NCBI RefSeq assembly: GCF_000143415.4
Contig: NW_003314269.1
Span: forward strand, 148,401 to 212,400
From: Selaginella moellendorffii
Taxonomy: Eukaryota; Plantae; Lycopodiophyta
Length of the DNA: 64,000 nucleotides
Reading direction: 5' to 3'
Shown here piece after piece: positions 48,314 to 61,424 of the stretch (position 1 is the first letter of the stretch; every line of letters begins with the position of its first letter). The notes under the pieces are model-generated. The model saw nothing but the letters and a program-made list of their open reading frames with translations, did not search any database and was not told the origin of the DNA. The position numbers and the translations under genes are program-made.

Positions 48314-51122
48314 ATGGCGCCACCGGGAGCGCCTTCCTCCTCGCCCTCCTCCTCCTCCTCCTCTTCCTCCTCCGCCTCCACTGCCACTGCTGGATCGGGA
48401 TCGGGTTCGGCGACGGCGCCTACGCAATCGCGCATCCTCAAGTTCGTGCCGTGGCAGAGCTCCGTCACGGCTGATTTCTGGCATGGTCTTGCGAATCTCA
48501 AGCTCGATGTTCTTCGTCTCGACCGGCGGCCGCTCCAGATCCAAGGTAATCCCCGTAATATCTAGGAATTTCTGTGTGCTGAAGCTGCGGCAATGTAGGA
48601 TTCTTCGCTCCGTGTAGCCATCCCAGGATTTCTAAGCCATTGCAGCTGACCTACGAGTCGCTGTCGCTGGAGCTCGGCACGGAGAGTCCTGCGAGCGATC
48701 GAAATCGATGCCCTGCGCCAGGAACACTATACAATACCAATACGAGTGATGAGTTCAATTCCATAGACAGGGATGCTTTGATGAACGAGGAGACTGCAAA
48801 GGTATTTTTCTTTGATTGCTTGCTAAGCTCTCACTAAATTTTCTTCTTTGCTTAAAGGTGTGGGACGATATCTGCTCGGGTCGGGCAGAGGAAGACTCCA
48901 ACCTTCTAAATCGGTTCTTCGTCATCTGCTATGCCGATTTGAAGGAATGGCGATTCAAGTATTGGTTTTCTTTCCCGGCATTACAGTTTACTCAAGCTGT
49001 GAAGCACACCATGTTCCAGCCGGCCTCGGATTATTTTACTGCTGAAGAGGTAACTTGTTTTTCATGTCTTTGCTGTTCCTGTACTAATGTGGTCAGTTTG
49101 CACAGTCCTTGCGAGTTGTTTCGGCTTGTACGGCCTGGAGAACGTCTCCATTGACAACATGTAAGCTTCTGGGATTGTTTTGGTTTTCTGAAAAGAAAAA
49201 TTGTACAACAGGTCTCTCGTTTTTTCTCCTGCACCTTTCATGTGATGGTGTCACGGTTAGGCCTTTGAGTGACTGGGAAAAATGCCAAGGAAGTGGAAAG
49301 GTATTGTTTTGCTTTCTAGTTTTTTATGAGCGTGCTCCTTTTCTCAGACGTGGAGGTTTTCAGATTCTACTGGGCTTTTATGATCCTTCACATTTGCCAA
49401 CGAATCCCGGATGGCCTGTCAGGAATTTGCTTGTTCTAGCCGCTGTCCGGTGGGGCTTAAAGAATGTGGATATCTTGTGTTGGCGTGAGCTACAAGGACG
49501 AACTGACTTAAGACATTGTTTTGTCACGTCAGCTACCTTTGAAGAATTCGGTGGTATGTTTTTTTCTTGCTTTCCTAGACAAGGTAAGCTACTAACTAGA
49601 GTCCTTCCAGAAAATACGAACGCCGTGCCTAAAGCAGCTGGATGGGAACCTTCTGCGCGATCAGTTGATCTTTCTTCCTTAATGAATCCTGATATGTACG
49701 TACTATTTTACCATGGCTTTCTTTAGATTTGTAATTTACAGGCTCGCGAAGTCAGCGGCTGACTTGAATCTTAAGCTTATGAAATGGCGCAGTCTTCCGT
49801 CCTTAAATCTCTTGCTACTGTCCAAGACGAAATGTTTGCTTCTTGGTGCTGGTACACTTGGGTGTGAAGTTGCTTTGAGGCTTCTGGTAAGTCTCCTCTG
49901 TAATTCATCGTACGCCTTCAGTAACTCTTATGTCACCAGGCTTGGGGTATTCGCGACATAACTTTTGTAGACTATGGCAAAGTTGGATACTCGAATCCAT
50001 TGCGGCAACCTTTATACCAGATCAAAGATTGTGGCCGTTCAAAAGTTGAAGCTGCTCAAGAAGCTCTAAAGACAAAATGTGTCGATGTGGTACTGCAATA
50101 TCTGTGTTGTTTACTTGGTGTAAATCTTTTGATCCTTTTGCTTTTGCAGAGGGCGCAAGGGCATCAAATATCAATACCAATGGCTGGACATAGCGTGAGC
50201 GGGAATCAGGTTGAAGAAACCTTTGATAACTTCACTAAGCTGCAAACCTTGATAGAGGAACATGACGTTATTTTCCTTTTAACCGATACAAGGGAAAGTC
50301 GCTGGCTTCCAACTATTTTGTGTGCAGCGGCTGAGCAATCTAAGGTATCTTTGTTTACCTCATTCTCGATTATGATTCTAACCGCCACCATGGCAGATAG
50401 TTATAAATGCTGCACTTGGCTTCGACTCCTTCGTCGTCATGCGGCATGGAGAAGGACCTTTCAATTCCACGCAAGACGGGCGACTTGGATGCTATTTCTG
50501 CACTGATGTCGTAGCACCTACTGATGTAAGTTTGTGCTATTTTGTCTCTGCCTTTGATTCCTTGGTTTCTTGTAGTCGACTGTCAACCGAACGCTCGATC
50601 AGCAATGCACAGTGAGTCGTCCTGCGCTAGCTCCTATTGCCGGTGCGCTAGCTGTAGAGATGGCGGTGGTTGTAATGCACCATCCACTTGGGTGAGCTGT
50701 TTTCAGCATTGTATTTAATTGCTGACTCTACTATACCACAGGCCAGCTGCTCCCGCTGATCAAGCGGTTTCTGTGACGACGAGCATCGACCAGCCCATGG
50801 GAATACTGCCCCACCAGATTAGAGGCTTTCTCGCACACTACGCACAACTCGTCGTTTCCGGGATCGCTTTCGATGGCTGCACTGCTTGCTCGCCAAAGGT
50901 AGCACCACCGTTTCTCTTTTTCTCTTTCTCTGACACCATGGTATTTAGATCGTCTCGGAGTTCAAAGCAAGAGGCTTCGCTTTTATCCTAGAGGCCTTGA
51001 ATTCCCCAAACTATCTGGAGGATGTTGCTGGCCTGACTGACCTTTTGCACGCAACGAACTCAATGTCCCTGGATTGGGACGGTGAGGGGGACTCGGATTT
51101 AGGTGTCCCTGACATGGCCTAG
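48314..51122 (+). CDS. ATG7: Autophagy E1-like enzyme
   Basis: [77 protein letters not shown]. Confidence 0.96.
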
Positions 51123-51445
51123 CGCACGTTTCTTTTGCCAAAGTGGCTTTATACAAGGTAAAAAGCTGGTAGTTGTGCGCACCGGTGCCTAGAAGATATT
51201 TTTTTTCCCACTTTTACAACCTCGTGTTTATCCTGACAAGCGAGATCGTCTAGAGGTATTTCGTTCCTTTCAATACATTTTTTATACGTCTCTTTCGTAC
51301 AAGATTCGTCTGCAGTGCGCCGACTGCGTGTCCGGTAGCCCATTCCTATCTGATTTCCGAGCTAAGCAACGATTTCTATTTCAACTGAACTGTTCATTTT
51401 TTGGACCTCAGAGAGGAGCCCGCTTCACCGGCAGAATCTTCCGAG

Positions 51446-52135
51446 CTAGAACTTTTCAATGGTGGTAATGGCCGAGGTTCTCATGTACGGCATAAGGCAG
51501 CTGCGGATGTTGGTCATGTTTCCTCCTATTAGAGGCTCCAGCGGCAGCTTCTCGCAAGTGCACACTTCGATCATGAAGCCATCCGGGTCGTGAAAGAATA
51601 TCTGCTCCACTTCGATGCCAGCTTCCTCGACGACTCTTCTCACAAATGCGGATCCGGCTTCTACCAGTTTCTTCTCCACCAGATCGATATCCTCGCACTG
51701 CGAGAGCAGGAATTTTCGTTTTTATCGCACAAACTCAAAACTTCTTTTTGCGGCTCTCACCTGGAAGGAGATGTGATCAGCTCGGGTGTTGATCTGGTCC
51801 GACTTGTTGGTGGTGTAAGTGATGCCGGGCTCTCTCTGCAGAAGATGAATTCCGATGCCGTAATTATACAGCCTTGAGTCGAAGCCGAAGATCAAAGAGG
51901 AAACAGCAAAAGACAAAAAAAACAAAGCGGTGAGCACCATATTTCCAATTCTATTCTCTGCTCTTTCTGCTCACCATGCTCCTTCGAAATTCAATGCTCC
52001 AGGGCGCTTGACGGGGATGAAGCCCAGCACGTTGACATAGAAATCCATCGACTCCTGGACATTGCTGCAGTTTCGAGATATGTGATTCAGCGACGCGAGC
52101 GGCAGCGGAGTCGACTGCCACTTTTTGTAAGCCAT
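51446..52135 (-). CDS. VOC / glyoxalase I-like family protein, 3 exons
   Basis: LASLNHISRNC..SMDFY..VLGF..VKRP..F.GAW|LYNYGIGIHLLQ, DHISFQ|C, QIFFHDPDGFMIEVCTCE. Confidence 0.92.
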
Positions 52136-52179
52136 TTGCTTCGTTACAATTTGCCTTCTCTCTTGTAGTGCGATATGCT

Positions 52180-52182
<3 letters not shown>

Positions 52183-52217
<35 letters not shown>
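52183..52217. repeat. (CT)n microsatellite in the 5' region of the VOC gene
   Basis: Directly visible. Confidence 0.9.
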
Positions 52218-52221
<4 letters not shown>

Positions 52222-53270
52222 CTAGAAGCGACACGAACGAGCGCAAAACCAACAAAGAAGGCAGAAACGTAGCGTAACGAACGGGAAGAGCGTGAGAACG
52301 AGAACTAGAGCTTCGTGCTATGTGTGGGATAAGCCGTGGGGGACTCTGCCGCTTAAGAAGGCTGCTGCCACGCAGCAGTGACGCGTCGCCAGGTCACTGG
52401 GCACATGGTCTGACATGGCAATGCTCGACGCGCCACGTACCGACGGATGGCATCTCCAAAAGTGACGAGGTCTGGACAGATTCGGTCTCGCACTAAGCGC
52501 TAATTTGTTGGGTTGTTTTCTCTATAGGCGTGTGCTCAGCTGGTGGTGGATGGAGAAGCCACTGAAAAAAAAAACTATCCACTCTCGAAACTACAAATTT
52601 TTGCTTTGTGTCATTCAGTGTATGATCAATAAGAGGTATGTGATTCTATGAAATCTCTCACAGGAAAAAGAAACGTTATTATTGTCTTGCAGAAAACTAG
52701 GCCAGTGCATCGAAGTCGAGTTACAAGCAACTTGCCTGTGAAATCATTTTCCTTGACTAAAGATACAAACAACGAATCGGGGATGGATTATAATAATTTA
52801 CGAGGTTCATGCATCTAAGGCCACTGCTCACATTGCGTTGGAGCTTATACCAAAGACAGGAGTCTTTGGATCAAACAGCGTGGCAGCTTTTGGTCTTGGC
52901 TCGGTCCGGGACTACAACAAGACAAAAGGCCACGAGTTTCACGGGCTAAGGAGAACAATGCCACTGGCTTGGTTTTGAGAATTTCTCCTGCCACGGCAGA
53001 TAGGAGAATGAAAAGCTGTGCCAACACTAAATACGAGGGTAAAGGGAATTTCACTACGCTACGCTACTCAAATTCCGCGTGCTTGGAGTGATGACTCTGG
53101 TGATTGTAACGTTTGAAGAAAACTTTGGCAATACCGGCGAGATAGCTTAGAATTGTATGGTAGCGTTTGCTTGTGTCCTAAAGCTTGATTTTAAGTGTTT
53201 TGCAAATCTGAACTAGACATAGATAGTCATTTATTTTTAAATTAAAACTATTCACTCAATGCATATCTTA

Positions 53271-54179
53271 TTAACTATTATCACATAGTGCATGATTTGA
53301 AGTGCCAGATTGCCACCAAACATCATTTGGAAACTTCATTCTATAAGCTACAAAATTACAATCATCCTGCAAGGTATAAAATGTAAAAGTAACACAACTT
53401 GGTTGATTTATACAATAAATATTGTTAGCCCATATAACATTATTTGAATATGAATATATTACAAAGTTACCATCGTTTTGAAGTTTAGCATAACAATTCA
53501 CAATATTTTTAACCATTGGAGTTTCCCATATCTTATTCCTTTTAGAGTAAATAACTAAATTACATCTAGATTCTAGTATTAATATATGTTTTGAATTTGG
53601 AGATACTAAAAAATTTCCTCTATATAGAAATTGACTTCTTAAATCTCCACTTTCAAGAGTAGTTTGAGAAATATCACAATCATATAGTGATTTTGTTTTA
53701 AAATTATATAATAAAATTGGGGGTCTTGATGGACCTAATGCCATAGCATAATGTATTTGATAGTTTCTTGAAGTTATTTTTGCTGAGTTTGCACCTTTAA
53801 GAATCAAATGGCCTTGATTATCTGTAATTAATGAATTGAATGACATTCTTAAACTTCTTCCAATCATAACTTTAGTATAAGTGGTTTTTCCTATTTTACA
53901 AATATTATTACGCTTTGATTTTTCAAATCTTTTAATTCTAACACAAACAATTCCTCTAGAAGTTTCAACTCTACATACATCTTCATATGTTATTGGATAA
54001 AATTCATCAAGATCAATATTTCTTACAAGTGTATAAAAGCCATTAATTACAGTATTAACATCTTGCTCATTTAAGAAATATTCTTCTTCAGTACTTCCCC
54101 ATTCATATTTAATTGAGTAAATATGTACTAAATATGAATAACTTAGAATTAAAACAGTTACAGTTTTAATTTTAAACAT
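53271..54179 (-). CDS. Secreted protein with C-terminal bulb-type (GNA) mannose-binding lectin domain; intronless, very AT-rich
   Basis: 302-aa open ORF with hydrophobic N-terminus; QNDGNFVIY and QDDCNFVAY match the QxDxNxVxY mannose-site consensus. Confidence 0.8.
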   Translation of the reverse strand: MFKIKTVTVLILSYSYLVHIYSIKYEWGSTEEEYFLNEQDVNTVINGFYTLVRNIDLDEFYPITYEDVCRVETSRGIVCVRIKRFEKSKRNNICKIGKTTYTKVMIGRSLRMSFNSLITDNQGHLILKGANSAKITSRNYQIHYAMALGPSRPPILLYNFKTKSLYDCDISQTTLESGDLRSQFLYRGNFLVSPNSKHILILESRCNLVIYSKRNKIWETPMVKNIVNCYAKLQNDGNFVIYSYSNNVIWANNIYCINQPSCVTFTFYTLQDDCNFVAYRMKFPNDVWWQSGTSNHALCDNS

Positions 54180-56525
54180 TTTATTTAAATTTTTCTGAAA
54201 TAATTAAAACTAAAGTTCTTATATAAAGAAAAATATAGTTAATATCGTCCTATCGTATATATCTGTAAAGAAAAAACTTTTATTATTTTTAGCTTCTGGT
54301 AGTGCTTTTAGCTTTAGGTTGTGTAATTTTTGTTTTGTTTGAAGCTCATTTATAACATAATTAAAGAATTGGTAATATGAATGGGTTGGAATTATATTAT
54401 CCATTAAACTACAACATTAAATATTTTTTTATTTCATAATTTAATTTTGTATAAATTCTTAAATATATACAGTCCAATCTTTGTTTTAATTTATTTAATA
54501 GATAATTTAGTGACTTCAAATCGAATGACACATGTTCTTGAAATGGTAGCTTGGGCAATCTTTAATAAATATTGGAACAACCTAAGGTATTAAAGGTGTA
54601 CTTAGAGGACAAGTCAGCATTCTCATATGGCAGAAAGATAATAAATACTAGAATAATAATCAAAATAAAACTTAACTATGCTCAAGATTTTTCATATGTC
54701 CATAATACTACTTCTAGGTAAAGTTAATTAAGAAAACTGACACTGGCAAAAACGAGGCAATACAAATATTGATCATTAAAAGGTCATGAGGGCCCTTGAT
54801 AATCATCTTCTTCCTTTTTCTCCTTCTTTTTCTCCTCTCTCTAATTCTATTATAGGTTGTAATGACCTAGAATGTCATGATTATTGTAAACAGTGATAAT
54901 ATGGGGAGATCAAGAAAATGACATCATCAAAGGGATTTATATAAATAAAGGATTTTGGCAACAATGTAGTGAAAGGTAATTCAATAAAGCTCATTATCAG
55001 GCCCTTATGAACAATAAGTATTAGTTAGTTTTTATCTTCATCAATTTCTTTTTTGTTTAAGTGATTACAAAGAAGTTCAGGTCTAGACCAGTTCACTTGT
55101 TGTTGGTGTCATTTTAACTGAATTCCTAGGTGGTGTCATTGACATGTTGTGGCTTTTTTAGTCTAATTTCATCATATAGAAAGTTTAATACTCTAGTGCC
55201 ATCAAACTTGACTTATTACCTAATACCTATCTGTGGGTGATAAACTGTGCTGAATTTCAACTTGGTGCGATACTGTTCCAGAAGAGTTTTCCAAAACCTA
55301 CTAGTGAAGATGAATGCTGTCGCCATACTCTTTGCTGAGCTTTTCAAACAGTGTTGGGGTTACTTATTTGGCATTATTTTGTTAGAGGTTATATCTTGGA
55401 TGAAAAATACTTATTTGTTTGCTGATTAGTTTTTATCCTGTTATCTAGTGGAAATGTTAAAAATATTCTTATAGTATTATTGTTTTCTGGTTGAGATTAT
55501 CTTTTTGGTTTGCTTAAGTGGGTGGTAGTGGATATACCTAGAATATTTTTGGATATTGTAGAATATTCTATCAGCTAATTGTTGTTATTCATTTGGATTA
55601 ATCATGTATTTATAATTTATAAACTTTCCTAAACACTTCCTAGTATATTCTAGTTTATTCTACCATCTAACTTTTAATATTCAATAAGATTATTGTTGTG
55701 TTTATAAATTATCAACATATTTATAATATAATTTTTTATTAATTAAATTAATAAATAGGAATAACACTAATACTAAGCAAACCAAACATTGCTACATGCA
55801 ATGCATAGCAAATGTTTTTAGCATAGTGTTGATAATTAAACCATTCATGCTCCATAAGCATCAACATAATTTATGATGTTGGGTGTGTTAAGAGTTATTC
55901 AATGTTCTTTTGCTATGAGTTCTGTTTTCCTTTTTGTGTTGGTTGAATTTGTCTTTAATTTCTTAGGCCATATGTTATTGTCTTCATTTATGTCTTTATT
56001 CTCTATAGTAATAAACATACAAGTATACATATGTGTTCTTAGAATGGGATAAGGCTAGCATGAGGAACCAATCTATCTTTTAAAGATGTAAAAACACTTC
56101 AAAATTTAGACAACTCAATTAACTTTGTTAGAAATATATATCACAATATATAAAATTGTTTACAATCCACTTATGCCCAACTAAGAAACATGAGAGTCTA
56201 TTTACATGAATGCAATGTTCCTCCCCCTCTTTAGTCCCTTAATCTTACTCATTTTTTCAGAGGTGGTCCACCCTACTACAAATGGCCTCTAAGCATGGAG
56301 AAACACACAAATCTAAAAGAACAAGAACACTTATATTACCTAATTTTACTTCTTACAAGCTTGCTAAGATTTAGAATGGCAATCCACGATAGTGTTGGCA
56401 TGTTTGATAAATAGACTAACTTCCCACGTAGCTGGGCATGACAAGCAAATAAGGACATGTTTAAGATTCAGCATTATTCAACTAATTGCCAGGATCAACT
56501 TAACAGAAGCATCTTAAACTTACTA

Positions 56526-57074
56526 TCAGAACTGGACAGACAGAAGAAACGTTCGGATTCTTTGCAAAAGCTCTGCCTTGACATCATCTGGAACCAAAGC
56601 TGAAACAAAAACGGAGAGTATGATTTACAAAACCAAAGAACTCGGACGTGTTACCTCGTCCTTTAGGAGTGATAGCCCGGACAAGCTCGTCAATTGTTAC
56701 GTTTGATCTTCCTCTCTTCCGAGTGAATGCTCTGTAAGAGGGAAAGAGAATGGACAAGAGGAAAAGGGACTGGGAAATCTACCGGCACTGTGCTTTTAAT
56801 TCGTCTTTCCATCCACACTCGATCAATCTCTCTCGCAAAAGATCCTTGAGCTTCTCCTTTTCCCCGCTCTCGACGAGCTACTTTCGCTGTTCTTATTAAA
56901 AGAGAAAAGGAGGACAATTCCTTCTACCTTAAGATTGATCGCTTCCTGCAGCGACGGCTCGTCGCGCTTGTGCAGATCTTCGCCGGGACGATGGAGCGAA
57001 GCTCTCCTGCATTCCAATTCCATGCCATTACAGGATCAATCCCACAAAACAGAGCAAACAAACGCGCCATACAT
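56526..57074 (-). CDS. ENY2: Transcription and mRNA export factor ENY2/SUS1
   Basis: Spliced: ...LQEAINLK|[32 protein letters not shown]|[25 protein letters not shown]|[19 protein letters not shown]. Confidence 0.92.
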
Positions 57075-57308
57075 TTTTGCCCACAAACCCTATTTTACTT
57101 TAAAAAGAGGGCTGCAAAAGCCCTAAAATCTCGTGATGCGTCCAAGAAAAATGTGCGATTTGATCAAGGAGAAAATGGATGCCATGTGAAGATAGGTTTT
57201 AGATGAGATTACAAAATATATGTATCCAAAATCATTTGAGAAAAAAATATTGCTGGCAAATTTTAGTGTGATTAGTCAAACTATATTTTACTCCTGGGCT
57301 AGCCCTAA

Positions 57309-58067
<759 letters not shown>

Positions 58068-58295
58068 CTAACTACTAGCTACCAGGTCTGGATGGATAGT
58101 TAGGTGGTAGTCAGTTAAGCTCGCTACGTGGTCAGTCGCGAGTGGTTGCAGGGCCTTGGTTAGGCTAAGAGTGTCATACGGTTAGGAAGAGTGACAGTTC
58201 TAGGCAGTCGGCAACTAGAAAGATAGCGAGAGAGTTACACAGTGAAGTTCCAGGGAAAGCAGCGAAGAAGTTTGTAAAGCTCGAGAGCTCGATCA

Positions 58296-59130
58296 ATGAG
58301 CATGGCCGAGGAGGGCAGTGCGAGCAAGTATGTGCGGCTTCAAGGATTCCATGGCAAGTACTTGTGGGCCGAGGACGACTTTGTGACGGTCTCTCAAGAC
58401 AGAGATGGGACGAGTACGATGGCTTCGCTGTGGAGAGTCGAGCAAGTCGGGCACAGCCAGCGCCTGAGGCTCAAGAGCTGCTACGATTGCTACCTCACTG
58501 CGTCGGACATTCCTTGCCTGGGGGGAGCTACAGGGAAGAAAGTGCTGCAAACGAGGCCGTCGAAGCTGGACTGCGCGGTCGAGTGGGAGCTTGTCGTGGT
58601 GGACGAGATTACTGTGAAGCTGAGAGTGGAGCACAGTGGAAACTTTCTTCAGGCCAACAGCTGCTTGCCGCCGTGGAGGAGCTCTGTGACACACGATTGC
58701 TTCTGTCCGGAGTGGAGCTTGTGGAAAGTCGAGGTTGTGGACTCGCCTCCATCGAAACTCCAGGTAGAGAAAAACTCTTCTCGCTTTGATCCTTGCTCTT
58801 GGACAGGTTTCTTCGCTGCCGAAAATGCCGCCGCTCTACGACGGACGCATCGTCTTCTACATGGTGGCCGAGGCGGAGTCGGAGGTGAGCGACGCGTCGC
58901 ACTGGCACTACGTGTTCTTCCGGGGCCGGAGCCCGGACAAGCTCGCAAAGAAGCTCCGCAAGGAGATCGACGTGGTGGACGACAAGAGCTTCGCGGTTTG
59001 TATCCGGCACCCGGCCAACAGTAGCAAGCTCTATCCGCTCCACTTGGAACTGCCTCCAGGTACCTCTCCCATTTATCTCGTTGTTCTCAAGTCGTCATCT
59101 TCGTCCTCGAGATCTCTAAGGTCCGGTTAA
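58296..59130 (+). CDS. DUF569 (actin cross-linking-like) protein, 2 exons
   Basis: VRLQGFHGKYLWAEDD..VSQDRDG, LRLKSCY..YLTAS, FLQANSCLPPWRSSVTHD, KLYPLHLELPP. Confidence 0.85.
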
Positions 59131-59632
59131 TCCTTTCCGAGTATTTATAGCGGAGGGTTTTCTTTGTCTCTTCAAGGAAAGAAGTTCTTGCAAAGTGATG
59201 GGCTGGTTCATGGATCTTCTCGTTTGTGTGGCCGTGGCGTGCGTTTGCGCTTGCTGTGCCAAGGGGTGGAGCAAAGAACACCATCACGGTGATCATCACC
59301 ATCACAGTGACCACCACCACCACCACCACTGAGGAGAAAAAGGACGAAGACGATCTTAATAATGTTTAATTATGACTAGTTAATGTCATTAGCATCGATC
59401 CAGGGATTAGCACGGATACCGTCGATCCTCATCCACGGCCCCCTGTGCTTATAAATTCCTCTTGCCCTTATTTTCCAGAAGCTTGTGCCCTAATCCTCCG
59501 CGACGACGAGGAGGGCGAGAGAGCGCCTCTATCGAAGGCGCGCGGCGTGAGATCTCTCCCTGATTCTCGAGGTGAGCCAGCCGCTAGCAGCAACGCTACC
59601 AGCGCCAGCGCCAGGCGCGCGCGCGAGCGAGG

Positions 59633-61006
59633 ATGCAGAAGACGGTGTGCCCGGATTGCCGGCGCGAGGTGGACATCGTCGTGGATCATGCCGCGGGGGA
59701 TACGGTGTGCATGGAGTGCGGCCTGGTGCTAGAGGCGCATTTCATCGACGAGAGCTCCGAGTGGCGGACCTTTTCGGACGATTCCGGCTCCAATGACCCC
59801 GTTCGTGTCGGTGGCCCTTCGAATCCCCTTCTCACGGATGGGGGCCTTTCTACCACCATCTCCAGGGGGAATGGTTCGCAGGGCGACTATGCCGCCCTCG
59901 GCAAGTGGCAAAACCATGGAACCAACCCCGACCGGGCGCTCCTCCTCGCTTTCAAGACGATAGGCACCATGGCTGATCGGTAAAACTTGCTTTTTTAGCT
60001 CGGACAATCTCTTGACTGGAAGTTTTGTGTTTTGTTTTGCAGCTTGGGATTGGTATCCACAATTAAGGTGTGATTTTGTTTGAGATCTTTTGCGTTTGCC
60101 TGCCTGTTTGAGAAAGTACCCGAGTCGTGTTGTTGTTGTGTTGCTGCGAGTTTTTTGGTCTTTGTCCTAGTCTTTGGAGACTAGCCGTTTCTTTCCGGGC
60201 TCACGCACAGAACGTCCTTGTTATGAAGGATCGTGCTGATGAGATTTACAAAAAAGTGGAGGATATGAAATCCATAAGGGGACGGAGTCAGGATGCTATC
60301 TTGGCTGCTTGCTTATACATTGCTTGTAGACAAGAGGATAAACCGCGAACGTTCAAAGGTATGGTGTGCTCTTTTTTTCCTCTTGTTCTTTGCCATTGAC
60401 GGGGCTTTTGTTTCCGCAGAAATTCACTCTGTTGCCAATGGTGCCACGAAAAAGGAGATTGGACGGGCCACAAATTTTATTGTCAAGCGTCTGGAGGAAG
60501 AGATGGGAAAATCGATGTCCATGGGTTCCATTCACGCTGGCGACTTTTTGGTAAGCATCAAAAGCTCGTTATGCTGACGATGGACGTTTACACTCCTTGT
60601 TGCAGAGGCGTTTTTGCTCGCACTTGGGAATGACCAACCAAGCCGTGCGAGCAGCAACCGATACAGTGAAGAAGGTGGAGGAGCTCGACATAAGGTAGAT
60701 GGCATTTTGGATCAAGTTTTGGATTCAGTCATTCTTGCAGGAAGAGTCCGATTTCGATCGCTGCCGCTGCGATTTACATGATATCTCAGGTATCGGAGGA
60801 CAAGAAGCCTCTAAAAGGTAACGTTTCTCGCTTTGTCTTGGTGGTCGTCACATTGCTTCTTTCCGACTACAGAGATATCGCGAGTGGCTGGCGTGGCCGA
60901 GGCTACGATCAAGAATTCCTTCAACTATTTGCGGCCCCATGCCACACGCCTGGTGCCCGATTGGTACTGCAAGCCGGAAGATGTCAAGCGCTTCCTCGCA
61001 CAGTGA
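59633..61006 (+). CDS. TFIIB: General transcription factor IIB
   Basis: [73 protein letters not shown]. Confidence 0.96.
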
Positions 61007-61424
61007 CGAGCACAGACAAGAGCCTGCACGACACTCTTCCTCCAAACGAGCAAAGGCTGCTGCTGTGAGAATAAACCGATTGTTCTCGGGTTGGAAAAGG
61101 AAGACCTTTGCGTGCTGCCAAACTATTACATTCTCAGTTCACCGCCAACTATCTATGTATGAATGGATTGAGTCTTTAAAGAGCAATACAGCTTTGACTA
61201 TTTTGTTCTAGGCTTTATAGTCAGCGTAGTGAGACTATGTTGACTTTTTGAAAAGAGTAGTACCAACGCTGACTTGATCTTCCGACTTTGTAGTCAACAA
61301 CGTTGACTTTATTTTGAGAAGAGATAGTTGACTTATCTTATTTTGAGAACATTAGTCAATGGGATGGTCAACAGGGTAGAACAAAAAATGGGGGAAGAGA
61401 AGATCCACTTTGATACACTCCTAC

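Noticed and set aside
59281-59329. Poly-His coding stretch
   Set aside because: (CAC)n-type repeat in intergenic/UTR sequence with no supported ORF.
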